Notes under the pieces: generated by a model | What the model saw: the letters and a program-made list of their open reading frames with translations, nothing else | Told to the model about the DNA's origin: nothing | The model's database searches: none | Position numbers and translations under genes: made by a program | Shown: one piece after another, positions 20,131 to 29,681 of the stretch | Layout of the letters: each line of letters begins with the position of its first letter | How positions within the stretch are numbered: position 1 is the first letter of the stretch | Source of the DNA: an uncultured Thermoleophilia bacterium | GTDB lineage: Bacteria; Actinomycetota; Thermoleophilia; UBA2241 | Assembly (NCBI GenBank): GCA_963702475.1 | Contig: CAVPCT010000005.1 | Location: 256,001-320,000, forward strand | Direction: 5' to 3' | Length of the DNA: 64,000 bases

Positions 20131-22364
20131 TCTTCACCCTGCAGGCGCACGGCCTCCCGGGCCTGCGCCACGAAGTACTCCTGCGCATTGAGCGGCTCCA
20201 CGCCGTCGGCGGGCCAGATGTGCTCCCAGCCGCCGTCGGGGCGCAGGATGCGCGTCTTCATGGTGTCGCTCAGGTAGATCGGCAGGATCTCGTCGCGGAT
20301 GCGCCGCAGGATGCCCCGGTCCTGCACCGGGAACAGGATCTCCACGCGGCGATTGAGGTTGCGGGGCATGAGGTCGGCGCTGCCCAGCAGCACCTCCTCC
20401 TCGCCGCCGTTGCGGAACCAGTAGATGCGACTGTGCTCCAGGAAGCGGCCCACCACGCTGCGCTCGGTGATGTTCTCGCTCACCCCGGGGATGCCGGGGC
20501 GCAGGCAGCACATGCCGCGCACGTTGAGCTCCACCTTGACGCCGGCCTGCGACGCCCGGTACAAGCGGCGGATCATCGGCTTGTCGACCAGGGAGTTCAT
20601 CTTGAGGATGAGGTGCGCCTCCTCCCCGTTCGAGGCGTGTGCGATCTCGCGGTCGATGCGCTCCTCGATGCCGCGGCGCATGTGGGCGGGCGCTACCAGG
20701 AACTTGCGGTAGTCGCCCGTCGTGGAGTACCCGGTGAGCGAGTTGAAGACGACGGAGGCGTCGGCCCCGAGGTCCTCGTCGCAGGTGAGGTAGCCGAGGT
20801 CGGTGTACTGCTTGGTGGTGACGCTGTTGTAGTTGCCGGTGCCGAGATGCACGTAGCGGCGGATGCGGTCGCCTTCGCGGCGCACGATGAGCATGATCTT
20901 GGAGTGCGTCTTGAGGCCCACGAGGCCGTAGACCACGTGCACGCCCTCGCGCTCCAGGCGCTTGGCCCAGCCGATGTTGCTCTCCTCGTCGAAGCGCGCC
21001 TTGAGCTCCAGGAGGACGGCCACCTGCTTGCCGTTGGCCGCCGCCTCCATGAGCGCGTCCACCACCGGCGCGTTGCGGCCAACGCGGTAGAGCGTGGTCT
21101 TGATGGCGAGGACGTCGGGGTCCTCGGCGGCGGTGCTCACGAAGTCGACCACCGGGTCGAACGAGTCATAGGGGTGATGCAGCAGGATGTCGCGGTGGCG
21201 GATGGCGGCGAAGATGTCCGGCGCCTCGGCACCGCCCAGCGCCGCCGGCGTGGCCTGCACGAGCGGTGCGTACGAGAGCTCAGGCCGGTCTATGCGCTGG
21301 AGGTCCCACAGACTGCTGAGGCCCAGCGGCGGCTTCACCGTGTACATGTCCTGGTCGCTGAGCTCCAGGTTCTCCTTGAGGATGCCGCGGATGCGCTCGG
21401 GCATGTTCTCGTCCACCGTGACGCGGATGACCGAGCCGAAGCGGCGGCGGCGCACGAACTTCTCGATGGTCTCGAGGAGGTCGTCTGCCTCGAGCTCCTG
21501 GATGGCGAGCTCGGCGTCGCGGGTGACGCGGAAGTCGTGCGACTCCAGCACCTCCATGCCCGGGAACAGCGCCTGAAGGTTGGCGGCGATGACCTGCTCG
21601 AGCCACGTGTACCAGTACTCGGGCTCGGGCTCCACACCGTCGGCCGACAATGTAGCGTGCCCGGCCGGCGCCGGGACCGGCACGAGACGCGGCACCGGCG
21701 AGCCCGGTACCTTGACGCGGGCGAAACGCTCCTCGCCGCTCTGGTCGCGCACGAGCACGGCGAGGTTGTGGCTCATATTGGAGATGTGCGGGAACGGCCG
21801 TCCAGGGTCGAACGCCAGAGGCGTGAGCACGGGGAAGATCTGCCCCTCGAAATACTTCTCCAGCGCGGCTTGCTGGCTGGCGTCCAGCCGCGCGTAGTCG
21901 ACGATGTGGATGCCGGCCGCGTCGAGCTCGGGCAGCAGCTCGGACCAGACCTGCCGCGCCTCCCTCATGAGGCCGCCGGCGCGCTCCTGCACGATGGGCA
22001 GCAGCTTCTGGGGGGTGTAGCCGTCGGCGGACGCCTCGGTCACCCCGGCCTCCACCTGCTGCCGCAGGCCGGCGATGCGCACCATGAAGAACTCGCCGAG
22101 GATCGACCCGACGATGCCCACGAACTTCACCCGCTCGAGCAGCGGGTTGTTGACGTCGCGGGCCTCGAACACGACGCGCTCGAAGAAGTCGAGCATGCTG
22201 AGCTCGCGATTGATGAACAGCGACGGGTCGCGCAGGTCGGTCTCGGCCCTCTCGGCTGCGACGAGGGACTCGGCGTTGAACTCCTCGTAGGCCGCCTCGG
22301 TGGTCTGCTTCACGACTCTGCGGCCGTGATACTCGTCGGCGCGGCTCCGGATGTCACCCCCCAT
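20127..22364 (-). CDS. ppk1: Polyphosphate kinase 1
   Basis: NRELS, LHHPYDSF, ELKARFDEESNI, LKTHSK, GTGNYN, RFLEHSR, SADLMPRNL. Confidence 0.96.
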   Translation of the reverse strand: MGGDIRSRADEYHGRRVVKQTTEAAYEEFNAESLVAAERAETDLRDPSLFINRELSMLDFFERVVFEARDVNNPLLERVKFVGIVGSILGEFFMVRIAGLRQQVEAGVTEASADGYTPQKLLPIVQERAGGLMREARQVWSELLPELDAAGIHIVDYARLDASQQAALEKYFEGQIFPVLTPLAFDPGRPFPHISNMSHNLAVLVRDQSGEERFARVKVPGSPVPRLVPVPAPAGHATLSADGVEPEPEYWYTWLEQVIAANLQALFPGMEVLESHDFRVTRDAELAIQELEADDLLETIEKFVRRRRFGSVIRVTVDENMPERIRGILKENLELSDQDMYTVKPPLGLSSLWDLQRIDRPELSYAPLVQATPAALGGAEAPDIFAAIRHRDILLHHPYDSFDPVVDFVSTAAEDPDVLAIKTTLYRVGRNAPVVDALMEAAANGKQVAVLLELKARFDEESNIGWAKRLEREGVHVVYGLVGLKTHSKIMLIVRREGDRIRRYVHLGTGNYNSVTTKQYTDLGYLTCDEDLGADASVVFNSLTGYSTTGDYRKFLVAPAHMRRGIEERIDREIAHASNGEEAHLILKMNSLVDKPMIRRLYRASQAGVKVELNVRGMCCLRPGIPGVSENITERSVVGRFLEHSRIYWFRNGGEEEVLLGSADLMPRNLNRRVEILFPVQDRGILRRIRDEILPIYLSDTMKTRILRPDGGWEHIWPADGVEPLNAQEYFVAQAREAVRLQGEE

Positions 22365-22534
22365 CGCCGGCTCACCTCCCACTGTCGTACGCGCGTGTTC
22401 GATTCCGCGCGATTGTGTTCTGAGTCAACCAGTATATGACGTCGCGACTTCCCCGACTATTCCGTACGAAGCGGCGACCCGGTCCGGCTTACCCTACGGT
22501 AACCGGACCGGGTCGCCAGAAGAGCCTGCGCGTG

Positions 22535-22771
22535 TCAGTAGCCCAGGTTCTCCACGCGCTCCACGCCGGGCACCACGTTCTTGAGGTGGCGCTCCACGCC
22601 GTTGGTCAGCGTGAGCTGGGACATCGGGCAGCCGGCGCAGGCGCCCTGGAGGCGTACCTGCACGACGCCGTCGTCCAGGACGTCGACCAGCTCGATGTCG
22701 CCGCCGTCGGCCTGCAGGGCCGGGCGCACGTCACCGAGTGCCTGCTCGACCTGCTCCTTGAGTGTGCTCAT
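22535..22771 (-). CDS. NifU/NfuA-type Fe-S carrier domain protein
   Basis: VRPALQADGGDIEL...GACAGCPMS..TL..GVE. Confidence 0.93.
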   Translation of the reverse strand: MSTLKEQVEQALGDVRPALQADGGDIELVDVLDDGVVQVRLQGACAGCPMSQLTLTNGVERHLKNVVPGVERVENLGY

Positions 22772-22777
22772 TCGTTG

Positions 22778-23224
22778 TCACCTCCTCGAGGTGCTTGGGC
22801 GGTTGTCGGCGCCCTGGGGGCGCCTCCCCTGATCGGCCAGGGCCGCGAACGTCACGGTCTGAAGCTCCCGCGTGAGGAGCGTCTCGACACCGCTCCAGAA
22901 CTGGTGCGTGTCGCAGGTGTCGTCGCCGCAGGGATCTACCCGCTGGTGACAACGGCAAAGCAGGATCGGACCCTCCACGGCCTCGTAGACATCACGCACA
23001 GTGATGGCGGCCGCCGGCCGGGCCAGCATGACGCCGCCTTGCTGGCCTCGCATCGTGCGCACGAGGCCGGCGCGCGCGAGGTCCTGCACGACCTTCACCA
23101 GACGGGCCCCGGGGATGCGTTGGGCCGTGGCGATGTCGCAGGTGTGCACGACGGCGCCCGGTTCGTGCCGCGCGAGCTCGTAGACGGCGCGCACGGCGTA
23201 ATCGGCCTGGGTGGAGAGTCTCAT
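22778..23224 (-). CDS. Rrf2 family (IscR-like) transcriptional regulator
   Basis: MRLSTQADYAVRA, RGQQGG, ITVRDVYEAVEG, Cys cluster CRC..C..C. Confidence 0.9.
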   Translation of the reverse strand: MRLSTQADYAVRAVYELARHEPGAVVHTCDIATAQRIPGARLVKVVQDLARAGLVRTMRGQQGGVMLARPAAAITVRDVYEAVEGPILLCRCHQRVDPCGDDTCDTHQFWSGVETLLTRELQTVTFAALADQGRRPQGADNRPSTSRR

Positions 23225-23240
23225 GGATCCTTTGTACCCC

Positions 23241-23262
23241 AAGTGGTCCACAATGTCCACTT
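23241..23262. promoter_or_regulatory. Palindrome upstream of the Rrf2 gene, putative autoregulatory operator
   Basis: AAGTGG-N10-CCACTT, AT-richer than the flanks, 16 bp before the start. Confidence 0.5.
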
Positions 23263-23351
23263 TGATCCAGGTCAATCCGCGCCGGCCGTCCTCACCCGGC
23301 CGGCGGGGCGCGGCGCCGTGGAGGCGCCGTCCTCGCCGGCGGCCGGCGCCT

Positions 23352-24146
23352 TCAGACCTCGTCCCACGCGTGCGCGATATTGGCCGCATGCACGGCCTCG
23401 TACACGGCGTCCACACGCACGCCCTCGTCGAGGAACCTTGCGGCCGGCAGGTCGAGCTCGTGGCGTCCGGCCCCCTCATCTTTGGCGGACGCCACGGCCT
23501 CGTACACCTCGGTGATGTAGCGTTCGTTGGCGTCGATCAGCGACTTCGGCCGAGGCGCCCCATGTGCCGGCACCACGAGGTCCACCGGCAGCTGCTTGAG
23601 GAGGCGGAGCGTCCGCACCCAGATCTCCGCCGCCTCCCGGTCGCAGAAGCTGGGCAGCGGCCACTCCAGCACGTCCCCGGCGAACAGGACGCCGGCGCCC
23701 GCCAGGTAGACCACCAGCGAGTCGGCCGTGTGGCCGGGCGCGTGGATGAGGTGGACGGTCTCGGGATCGGCGTCGAAGGTGAGGCGGTCGCCGAACGTGA
23801 CGGCGGGCAGGGGCACGCCTTCGGGCGGCTCGGGCGGGACCGTGTCATCGGTGGTGCTCCTCTGCGCCACCATGAGGCGGGGGCACGCTCGATGAGCGAC
23901 GATGTCCACTTCGCGGAAGGCGGCGTTGCCGTACACGTGGTCCCAGTGGTGGTGCGTGTTGACGACCAGGAGCCGCTGCCCGTGCGTCGCCTGGCGCAGG
24001 AGCCCGAGCACCGGCTGCATGTCCTGAGGACCGGTCAGCGTGTCCACGACGAACGCCCGGGATGGAGTGACGATGACGGCGCTGACCGTGGGAAAGCCCT
24101 GAGCCACCACGCGCTCTGTCCAGATGTGGGGCGCCAGGTGCTCCAC
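23352..24146 (-). CDS. MBL-fold metallo-hydrolase
   Basis: NTHHHWDH, PGHT, AGD, PAHG. Confidence 0.9.
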   Translation of the reverse strand: MEHLAPHIWTERVVAQGFPTVSAVIVTPSRAFVVDTLTGPQDMQPVLGLLRQATHGQRLLVVNTHHHWDHVYGNAAFREVDIVAHRACPRLMVAQRSTTDDTVPPEPPEGVPLPAVTFGDRLTFDADPETVHLIHAPGHTADSLVVYLAGAGVLFAGDVLEWPLPSFCDREAAEIWVRTLRLLKQLPVDLVVPAHGAPRPKSLIDANERYITEVYEAVASAKDEGAGRHELDLPAARFLDEGVRVDAVYEAVHAANIAHAWDEV

Positions 24147-24200
24147 GACTCCTCCTCCCCCTCGCGACGCGGCTCCCGCGCGCGCTCGCGTGCCGCCGCT

Positions 24201-25430
24201 TCAGGCGACGGTGACGATGTGGTCCGGGGCCACGGTGAGGGCGATGACCCCCCGCGAGCCCACCAGCCAGGTGTCCTCGGTGCCGATGGCGCCCAGTCCC
24301 GGCAGCACGAACTTGGGCTCGAGCGCGAAGACCATGCCCTCCTCGAGCTCGAGGTCGCTCGCCGCCAGCACCGGCAGCTCGTCCAGCTCCAGGCCCACGC
24401 CGTGGCCGATGAAGCGCACCTGGCCGTCGCCGTGACCCATGAAGCCGTCGGCCAGACCCTCGGCGGCGGCCCGCGCCACCGCGAGCTCGTAGAGGGCGCG
24501 GCAGGTGACGCCCGGGCGGGCCGCGCTCACCACATCGTCGCGCACGGCGCACGCCACCTCGTAAGCGCGGACCAGAGGCGGTGGCAGCTCGCCGAGCGCG
24601 AACATGCGCGTGAAATCGCTCAGGTAGCCCTCGCGCACCGAGACGAAGTCGAACACCACCGGCTCGCCCCGCCCGATACGCCGAAAGCTCACGCCCTGCG
24701 CGACGGCGGGGCTGAGGCCGGTGCCGGCCAGGGGCGTGTCGAGGTAGCTGCCGGCCGCCCCGCTGGGGCCGGTGAGCAGCTGGCCGTAGAACATCTCCTG
24801 GTTGAAGGCGCGCATGCGGATGAAGCCCTCGTGGCCGAGGCGCCGGGCCTCGGCCTCGACCATGCCGGCGAACTGCGCCTCTGTGAGCCCCTCGCGGAGC
24901 AGGCCGGGGACGGCGTGGTAGACCCCGGCCGTGACGGCCGCCGAGGCGCGGATGCGCTCCACCTCCCAGGGCGACTTGACGGCCCGCAGGCGCACGATGT
25001 CGCGACCCACGTCGTGCGCCTCGGCGTCGGGGAACTGCTGCAGAAGACGGCGGGACTCCGCCACCGGCAGCACGTCGAGCTCCAGGCCCAGCCGGGCCGG
25101 CGGCCGGCCGTACCGCGCGACCACCTGTGCGCCGAGGTCGCGCGGGTCGTCGAGAGCGACCACCTGCGACAGCGGCGTCTCGAGGAGCGCGCGCTCGGCG
25201 AGCCTGCGCACGAACAGCGTGACCTCGCCCTCGGCCGGCACGTACAGGAACGAGCGCTGCACCGTGCCGCTGAAGTAGTACAGGTCGGCGTTCTGCACGA
25301 TGAGCGCCGCGTCGAGGCTCCGCGCGCCCAGCACGCGCTGCAGCGCGGCCAGACGGGCGCCCGTCTCCGCGGCCGGGACGAGCGTGGCCGCGGGCTCGAC
25401 CAGCGGCGCGACGCTGCGAGGGCCGGTCAC
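24201..25430 (-). CDS. Xaa-Pro peptidase family (M24) protein
   Basis: RAVKSPWE, GYLSDFTR, GHGVGLELDE, EPK, EDT. Confidence 0.9.
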   Translation of the reverse strand: MTGPRSVAPLVEPAATLVPAAETGARLAALQRVLGARSLDAALIVQNADLYYFSGTVQRSFLYVPAEGEVTLFVRRLAERALLETPLSQVVALDDPRDLGAQVVARYGRPPARLGLELDVLPVAESRRLLQQFPDAEAHDVGRDIVRLRAVKSPWEVERIRASAAVTAGVYHAVPGLLREGLTEAQFAGMVEAEARRLGHEGFIRMRAFNQEMFYGQLLTGPSGAAGSYLDTPLAGTGLSPAVAQGVSFRRIGRGEPVVFDFVSVREGYLSDFTRMFALGELPPPLVRAYEVACAVRDDVVSAARPGVTCRALYELAVARAAAEGLADGFMGHGDGQVRFIGHGVGLELDELPVLAASDLELEEGMVFALEPKFVLPGLGAIGTEDTWLVGSRGVIALTVAPDHIVTVA

Positions 25431-25494
25431 CTTTCGCGACCGGGCGGACGGCGGAGGCGGATGATCGCGGGCCGGGACCGCGAGACGCGACGGC

Positions 25495-26466
25495 TCACAT
25501 CACCGGGAACGTCGTGGTGCGCCACAGGACGACGACGACCAGGACGGCGGCGACGGCGGCCAGCAGGGCGGCGTCGCGCGCGGCCCACGGGGCGCGCAGG
25601 TCGCGCCGCCCGAACCACGTGAGCGCCTCGACGGCGAGCACACCGCCGATGAGGCCGCCGATGTGGCCCTGCCACGAGATGCCCGGGATGAGGAACGTGA
25701 TCACCAGGTTGATGAGGATCACGGTGCCCATGCTGCGCAGCGCGCGGCCGGCGGCGCTGTCGCGGTTGTGGATGCTGTACATGAACAGCGCGCCGAACAC
25801 GCCGAAGATGGCAGTGGAGGCGCCGATGGTCACCGAGAACGGCGCCGCCAGCACGTACACGGCCACGTTGCCGGCCACGCCGGCCACGAGGTAGATCGCC
25901 AGATACTTACCCTTGCCGGCCAGCGCCTCCAGGAACGAGCCGCCGAGGTACAGGGCGTACATGTTGAAAGCGATATGGATCAGGCCGCCGTGCAGGAACA
26001 TGGCCGTGAACAGGCGCCAGTACTCGTGCTTGACGGCCACGTAGGCCGGAACCAGGGCGCCGAGGTCCACCAGCGCCTGGCTGCTGCCGCCGCCCATGAA
26101 CCCCACGGCGCCGAACACGAGCTCCACGAGGAAGAGGGCGACGTTGATGCCGATGAGCACCTTGGTGACGGGGGCGCTCCCCGACATGACCCCGGCCCCG
26201 GCGCTCCAGCGCGAGCGCGTCTGGGCGCGCGTGACCACGCGCGCCCTGTCACCCGACGAACGCTGCTCGCGCACGCACTCCGGGCAGCGAAAGCCGACCG
26301 GCGCCGGGATCATGCACTCGTAGCAGATGGGCCGCCCGCAATTGGAGCACGAAACGCCCGTCTCCCGGTCGTGGTGCCGGTAGCAGCGCTGCACCTCCAG
26401 GTCTGGCGGCAGGTGCGTGTCGAAGTCGGGCGGCAGCTCGCCGCCGGGAGAGACCGGGGTGCTCAC
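25495..26466 (-). CDS. Rhomboid intramembrane serine protease with N-terminal B-box-like zinc finger
   Basis: CYRH..C..C...C..C...CPEC; WRLFTAMFLH, HIAFNM, GASTA, GHIGG. Confidence 0.92.
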   Translation of the reverse strand: MSTPVSPGGELPPDFDTHLPPDLEVQRCYRHHDRETGVSCSNCGRPICYECMIPAPVGFRCPECVREQRSSGDRARVVTRAQTRSRWSAGAGVMSGSAPVTKVLIGINVALFLVELVFGAVGFMGGGSSQALVDLGALVPAYVAVKHEYWRLFTAMFLHGGLIHIAFNMYALYLGGSFLEALAGKGKYLAIYLVAGVAGNVAVYVLAAPFSVTIGASTAIFGVFGALFMYSIHNRDSAAGRALRSMGTVILINLVITFLIPGISWQGHIGGLIGGVLAVEALTWFGRRDLRAPWAARDAALLAAVAAVLVVVVLWRTTTFPVM

Positions 26467-26900
26467 GAGGCGACCCCCGCGAGAGTCCCGGCGAACAGCT
26501 CCTTGAACCACGCCGGGACGCGCAGGGCACGGCCGGTGGCACGGTCGCACACGGCGTGCCGGGTCCCGGCCGTCGCCAGGAGCAGCCCGTCGCGCGCGAT
26601 CTCGTACTTGAACGAGAACGTCGCCGGCCCCACAGCGTCGACCCACAGGGCGATCTCGACGAGGTCGTCGAGGCGTGCCGGCCGCAGGTACCTGACGTTG
26701 ACGTCTACCACCGGCAGAACGACGCCGCGCGCCTCGATGCCGGCGATGGGATGACCCAGCTCGCGGAGCAGGTCGATGCGCGCCACCTCCATCCACACCA
26801 GGTAGTTGGCGTGATACACGACGCCGGCGGCATCGGTCTCAGCGTAGCGTGCGCGGACGTGCGTGGTGAACCGGGGCGCCTGAGGGGAGGGGTCACTCAT
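26463..26900 (-). CDS. YbgC/FadM-family acyl-CoA thioesterase
   Basis: RYAETDAAGVVYHANYLVWMEVAR. Confidence 0.9.
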   Translation of the reverse strand: MSDPSPQAPRFTTHVRARYAETDAAGVVYHANYLVWMEVARIDLLRELGHPIAGIEARGVVLPVVDVNVRYLRPARLDDLVEIALWVDAVGPATFSFKYEIARDGLLLATAGTRHAVCDRATGRALRVPAWFKELFAGTLAGVAS

Positions 26901-26913
26901 GGCTCAGAGTGTA

Positions 26914-26951
26914 GCACGGGGGCGGGGAGCCCAAACTCCCCGCCCCCGTGC
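26914..26951 (-). terminator. Hairpin downstream of the aminotransferase gene
   Basis: Perfect 16-bp stem GCACGGGGGCGGGGAG / CTCCCCGCCCCCGTGC. Confidence 0.65.
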
Positions 26952-26974
26952 GGACGCTCCGGTGTGTGTGCGGC

Positions 26975-28249
26975 TCAGGCGAACGCGACGCCGGCGGCGT
27001 CGGTGAAGATCTCAAAGGCGTAGTCCATCTCCTCGTCGCTGACGTTGAGCGGCGGCAGGAAGCGGACGCAGTTGCCCAGCGAGCCGGCGCCCATGAGGAT
27101 GAGCTTCCTCTTGGAGCACTCGGCGATGAACGCCTTGGCGGCCACGGCGTTGGCCTCCCTGGTGTCGGGGACGACGCACTCGATGGCGTTCATGAGACCC
27201 ATGCCGCGCACCTCGCCGATGGTGGGGTGCTTGTCCTTGAGGCCGGTGAAGAAGGCGCGGAGCTTCTCGCCCTGACGCTGGGCGTTGACCAGCATGCCGT
27301 CCTCCTCCATCGCCTCGATGGTGGCGAGGGCGGCGGCGCAGGCGACGGCGTTGCCACCGTAGGTGCCGCCCATGGAGCCCGGCAGGGTCTTGCTCCAGAG
27401 CGACTCAGGCGCCGCGATGGCGCCGAGCGGGTAGCCCGAGGCGATGCCCTTGGCGACCGTCATGATGTCGGGCTCGATGCCGTAGTGCTCGTGGCAGAAC
27501 CACGTGCCCGTGCGGCCGAACCCGGCCTGGACCTCGTCCATGATGAGGCAGGCGCCGATCTCGGTGGCGATGGCGCGCAGCTCCTGCATGAACTCCACCG
27601 TCGGGACGATGAAGCCGCCCTCGCCCTGGATGGGCTCGACGATGATGGCGGCCACGTCGTCGCCGTAGATCTCCGCGCGCAGCACGCGGCGCACGTCCTC
27701 GATGGCGTAAGCCGTGGGATCCTCGCTCGCCGGCGTACGGAAGGGATAACAGTACCGCGCGTGATAGACGCTCGGCACCAGCGGCTCGTGGTGGCCGCGG
27801 TAGTGCACGGCGGAGTCGGTGAGCGCCATGGTGAGGTGCGTGCGGCCGTGGAAGGCGCCCTGGAAGGCGATGATGCCGGGGCGCCGCGTAGCCTGCTTGG
27901 CCAGCTTGATCGCGTTCTCGACCGCCTCGGCGCCGGAGTTGGCGAACATGAACTCGTCGTGCGTCTCGGGGACGATCTCGTGGAGCTTCTCGGCGAGCTG
28001 GAGCATGGGGCCATGGCGATAGATGTTCATCTGCGCGTGCGGCAGCTTGGCGGCCTGCTCCTGCACGGCCTTGACGACCTTGGGGTGGCAATGGCCGGTG
28101 TTCACGACGGCGATGCCGACCACGAAGTCGAGCCACTTGTTCCCGTCGGTGTCGTACACCCAGCTGCCCTCGGCGTGGTCGAGCGTGATCGGCGCGACCG
28201 GCCCGAGGAAGTGCGGCATGTGCTTCATGTAGGCGGGCTTCGTGGACAT
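26975..28249 (-). CDS. Class III PLP aminotransferase (4-aminobutyrate aminotransferase GabT-like)
   Basis: NSGAEAVENAIK, AFHGRT, EPIQGEGG, DEVQAGFGRTG, AKGIASG, GGTYGGN. Confidence 0.9.
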   Translation of the reverse strand: MSTKPAYMKHMPHFLGPVAPITLDHAEGSWVYDTDGNKWLDFVVGIAVVNTGHCHPKVVKAVQEQAAKLPHAQMNIYRHGPMLQLAEKLHEIVPETHDEFMFANSGAEAVENAIKLAKQATRRPGIIAFQGAFHGRTHLTMALTDSAVHYRGHHEPLVPSVYHARYCYPFRTPASEDPTAYAIEDVRRVLRAEIYGDDVAAIIVEPIQGEGGFIVPTVEFMQELRAIATEIGACLIMDEVQAGFGRTGTWFCHEHYGIEPDIMTVAKGIASGYPLGAIAAPESLWSKTLPGSMGGTYGGNAVACAAALATIEAMEEDGMLVNAQRQGEKLRAFFTGLKDKHPTIGEVRGMGLMNAIECVVPDTREANAVAAKAFIAECSKRKLILMGAGSLGNCVRFLPPLNVSDEEMDYAFEIFTDAAGVAFA

Positions 28250-28432
28250 GGATTCGACCTCCATCGACGACCGTACTCCAAGGCGACAGCGCCGCGCCGA
28301 TGACCTCCCTGCGGCGACGCGCGCATCCTAGCAGACGGTCCCGTCTGTCGTTGTGCCAAGTCCACACACCGAGGGGACGATTGACCGGGGCGCTTTGTCC
28401 ACTCTGTCCAAGGCGAACGGACGTGTTCGCTC

Positions 28433-28478
28433 TTGACAGGTTGTGTGCGAAGGCGGAGAATCGTGACATAATTCACAG
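28433..28478 (+). promoter_or_regulatory. Promoter with adjacent Rex operator heading the hydrogenase locus
   Basis: TTGACA(28433)-N17-GAGAAT, then TCGTGACATAATTCACAG (28461-28478) resembling the Rex consensus TTGTGAA-N4-TTCACAA. Confidence 0.7.
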
Positions 28479-28533
28479 CGTTTGTGCTGTCACGAACACA
28501 GTGGTCCGTCTTTTCAGGGGAGCCGGAGCCGAC

Positions 28534-29577
28534 GTGGTATCGAGGAAGACCGTCTCACGCATGAGCCGCTACCGGCGGCTGTTGTCTTCTCTGCGCGCCA
28601 ACGGCGTGAGCAGCATCTACTCCCATCAGCTGGCACGACACGCCGTCGTCAGCGCCGCCCAGGTGCGCCGCGACCTCATGGTCATCGGGTACTCCGGCAG
28701 CCCCAACCGCGGCTACGACGTCGACGCCTGCATCCAGAGCATCAGCTCGTTCCTCGACGGGACCGCGAGGCAGGAGGTGGTCCTGGTCGGCGTCGGGAAC
28801 CTGGGCCGTGCGGTGCTGGCCCACCTCGAGGGCAAGAGCGCCTCGGTGGCGTTCGTGGCAGCCTTCGACGACGACCTCCAGCTGGCAGACACCGTGGTGC
28901 ACGGCGTGCGCTGCCTTCCGGCCGCGCACATGGAGGACCTGGTGCGGGACCTCGGCGTGCAGATCGCGGTGCTCACCGTGCCGGGCGCGGCGTCTCAGCC
29001 CGTCGCGGACGCCCTCGTGCGCGCGGGCGTGAAGAGCCTCATCAGCTTCTCCCCCGTCCCCCTCCACCTGCCCAACGACATCTTCGTCGAGTACATGGAC
29101 ATCACGGCGGCGCTCGAGTCGGCCGCGTACTTCGCACGGCTCGCCGGCGACGAGGCCGAGTCCGGCACCGCCGCCGATCTGGAGCCCATGGTCAAGAAAC
29201 TGGAATCGCTGCTCGCGAGGTCGAACATGAAACTGGAAGAGCTGGCCGAGCACATCGGCGCGCACGTCGTCACGCCCGGCGACCCGGGCGGCACCGAGGT
29301 GAACAGGATCTACGCGGGCGACCGCGTGAGCGACCTCCTCAACGAGGCCACCGACAAGACGCTCCTGGTCAGCAACCTGGCCAGCGTCCAGATGCTGCGC
29401 GTTGCCGAGCTCATGGACGTGCCCGGCATCTGCTTCGTGAACGGTGTCGAGCCCGACGATGAAGTGGTCGCGCTCGCGCGCGTCAACGGCACCCTGCTCC
29501 TCGTCTCGCCGGCCGGCGTGTTCGAGACCTGCGGCCTCATCTACCAGTACCTCTCCGGGGACCAGCGGGAGCAATGA
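28534..29577 (+). CDS. rex: Redox-sensing repressor Rex fused to a C-terminal DRTGG domain
   Basis: QVRRDL..IGYSG..GY wHTH, LVGVGNLGRA NAD-binding motif, IAVLTVP; C-terminal AGDRVSDLL...LRVAELMD DRTGG domain in the same frame. Confidence 0.88.
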   Translation: MVSRKTVSRMSRYRRLLSSLRANGVSSIYSHQLARHAVVSAAQVRRDLMVIGYSGSPNRGYDVDACIQSISSFLDGTARQEVVLVGVGNLGRAVLAHLEGKSASVAFVAAFDDDLQLADTVVHGVRCLPAAHMEDLVRDLGVQIAVLTVPGAASQPVADALVRAGVKSLISFSPVPLHLPNDIFVEYMDITAALESAAYFARLAGDEAESGTAADLEPMVKKLESLLARSNMKLEELAEHIGAHVVTPGDPGGTEVNRIYAGDRVSDLLNEATDKTLLVSNLASVQMLRVAELMDVPGICFVNGVEPDDEVVALARVNGTLLLVSPAGVFETCGLIYQYLSGDQREQ

Positions 29578-29681
29578 GCGTCCGTCCGGCACGGGAGCGC
29601 GCGACGCGCACCCCGCAGGGGCGGTCGGCGCATGCCGCGGCCGCAGCCCGAGCGGCTCGCAAGCGCGCAGGAGCCTGACCG

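Noticed and set aside
29574-29681. ATG-initiated 34-codon ORF in frame with the kinase gene and ending in TGA, as possible selenocysteine read-through
   Set aside because: Low-complexity Arg/Ala peptide, no Sec-like context, and a good AGGAG RBS precedes GTG 29682
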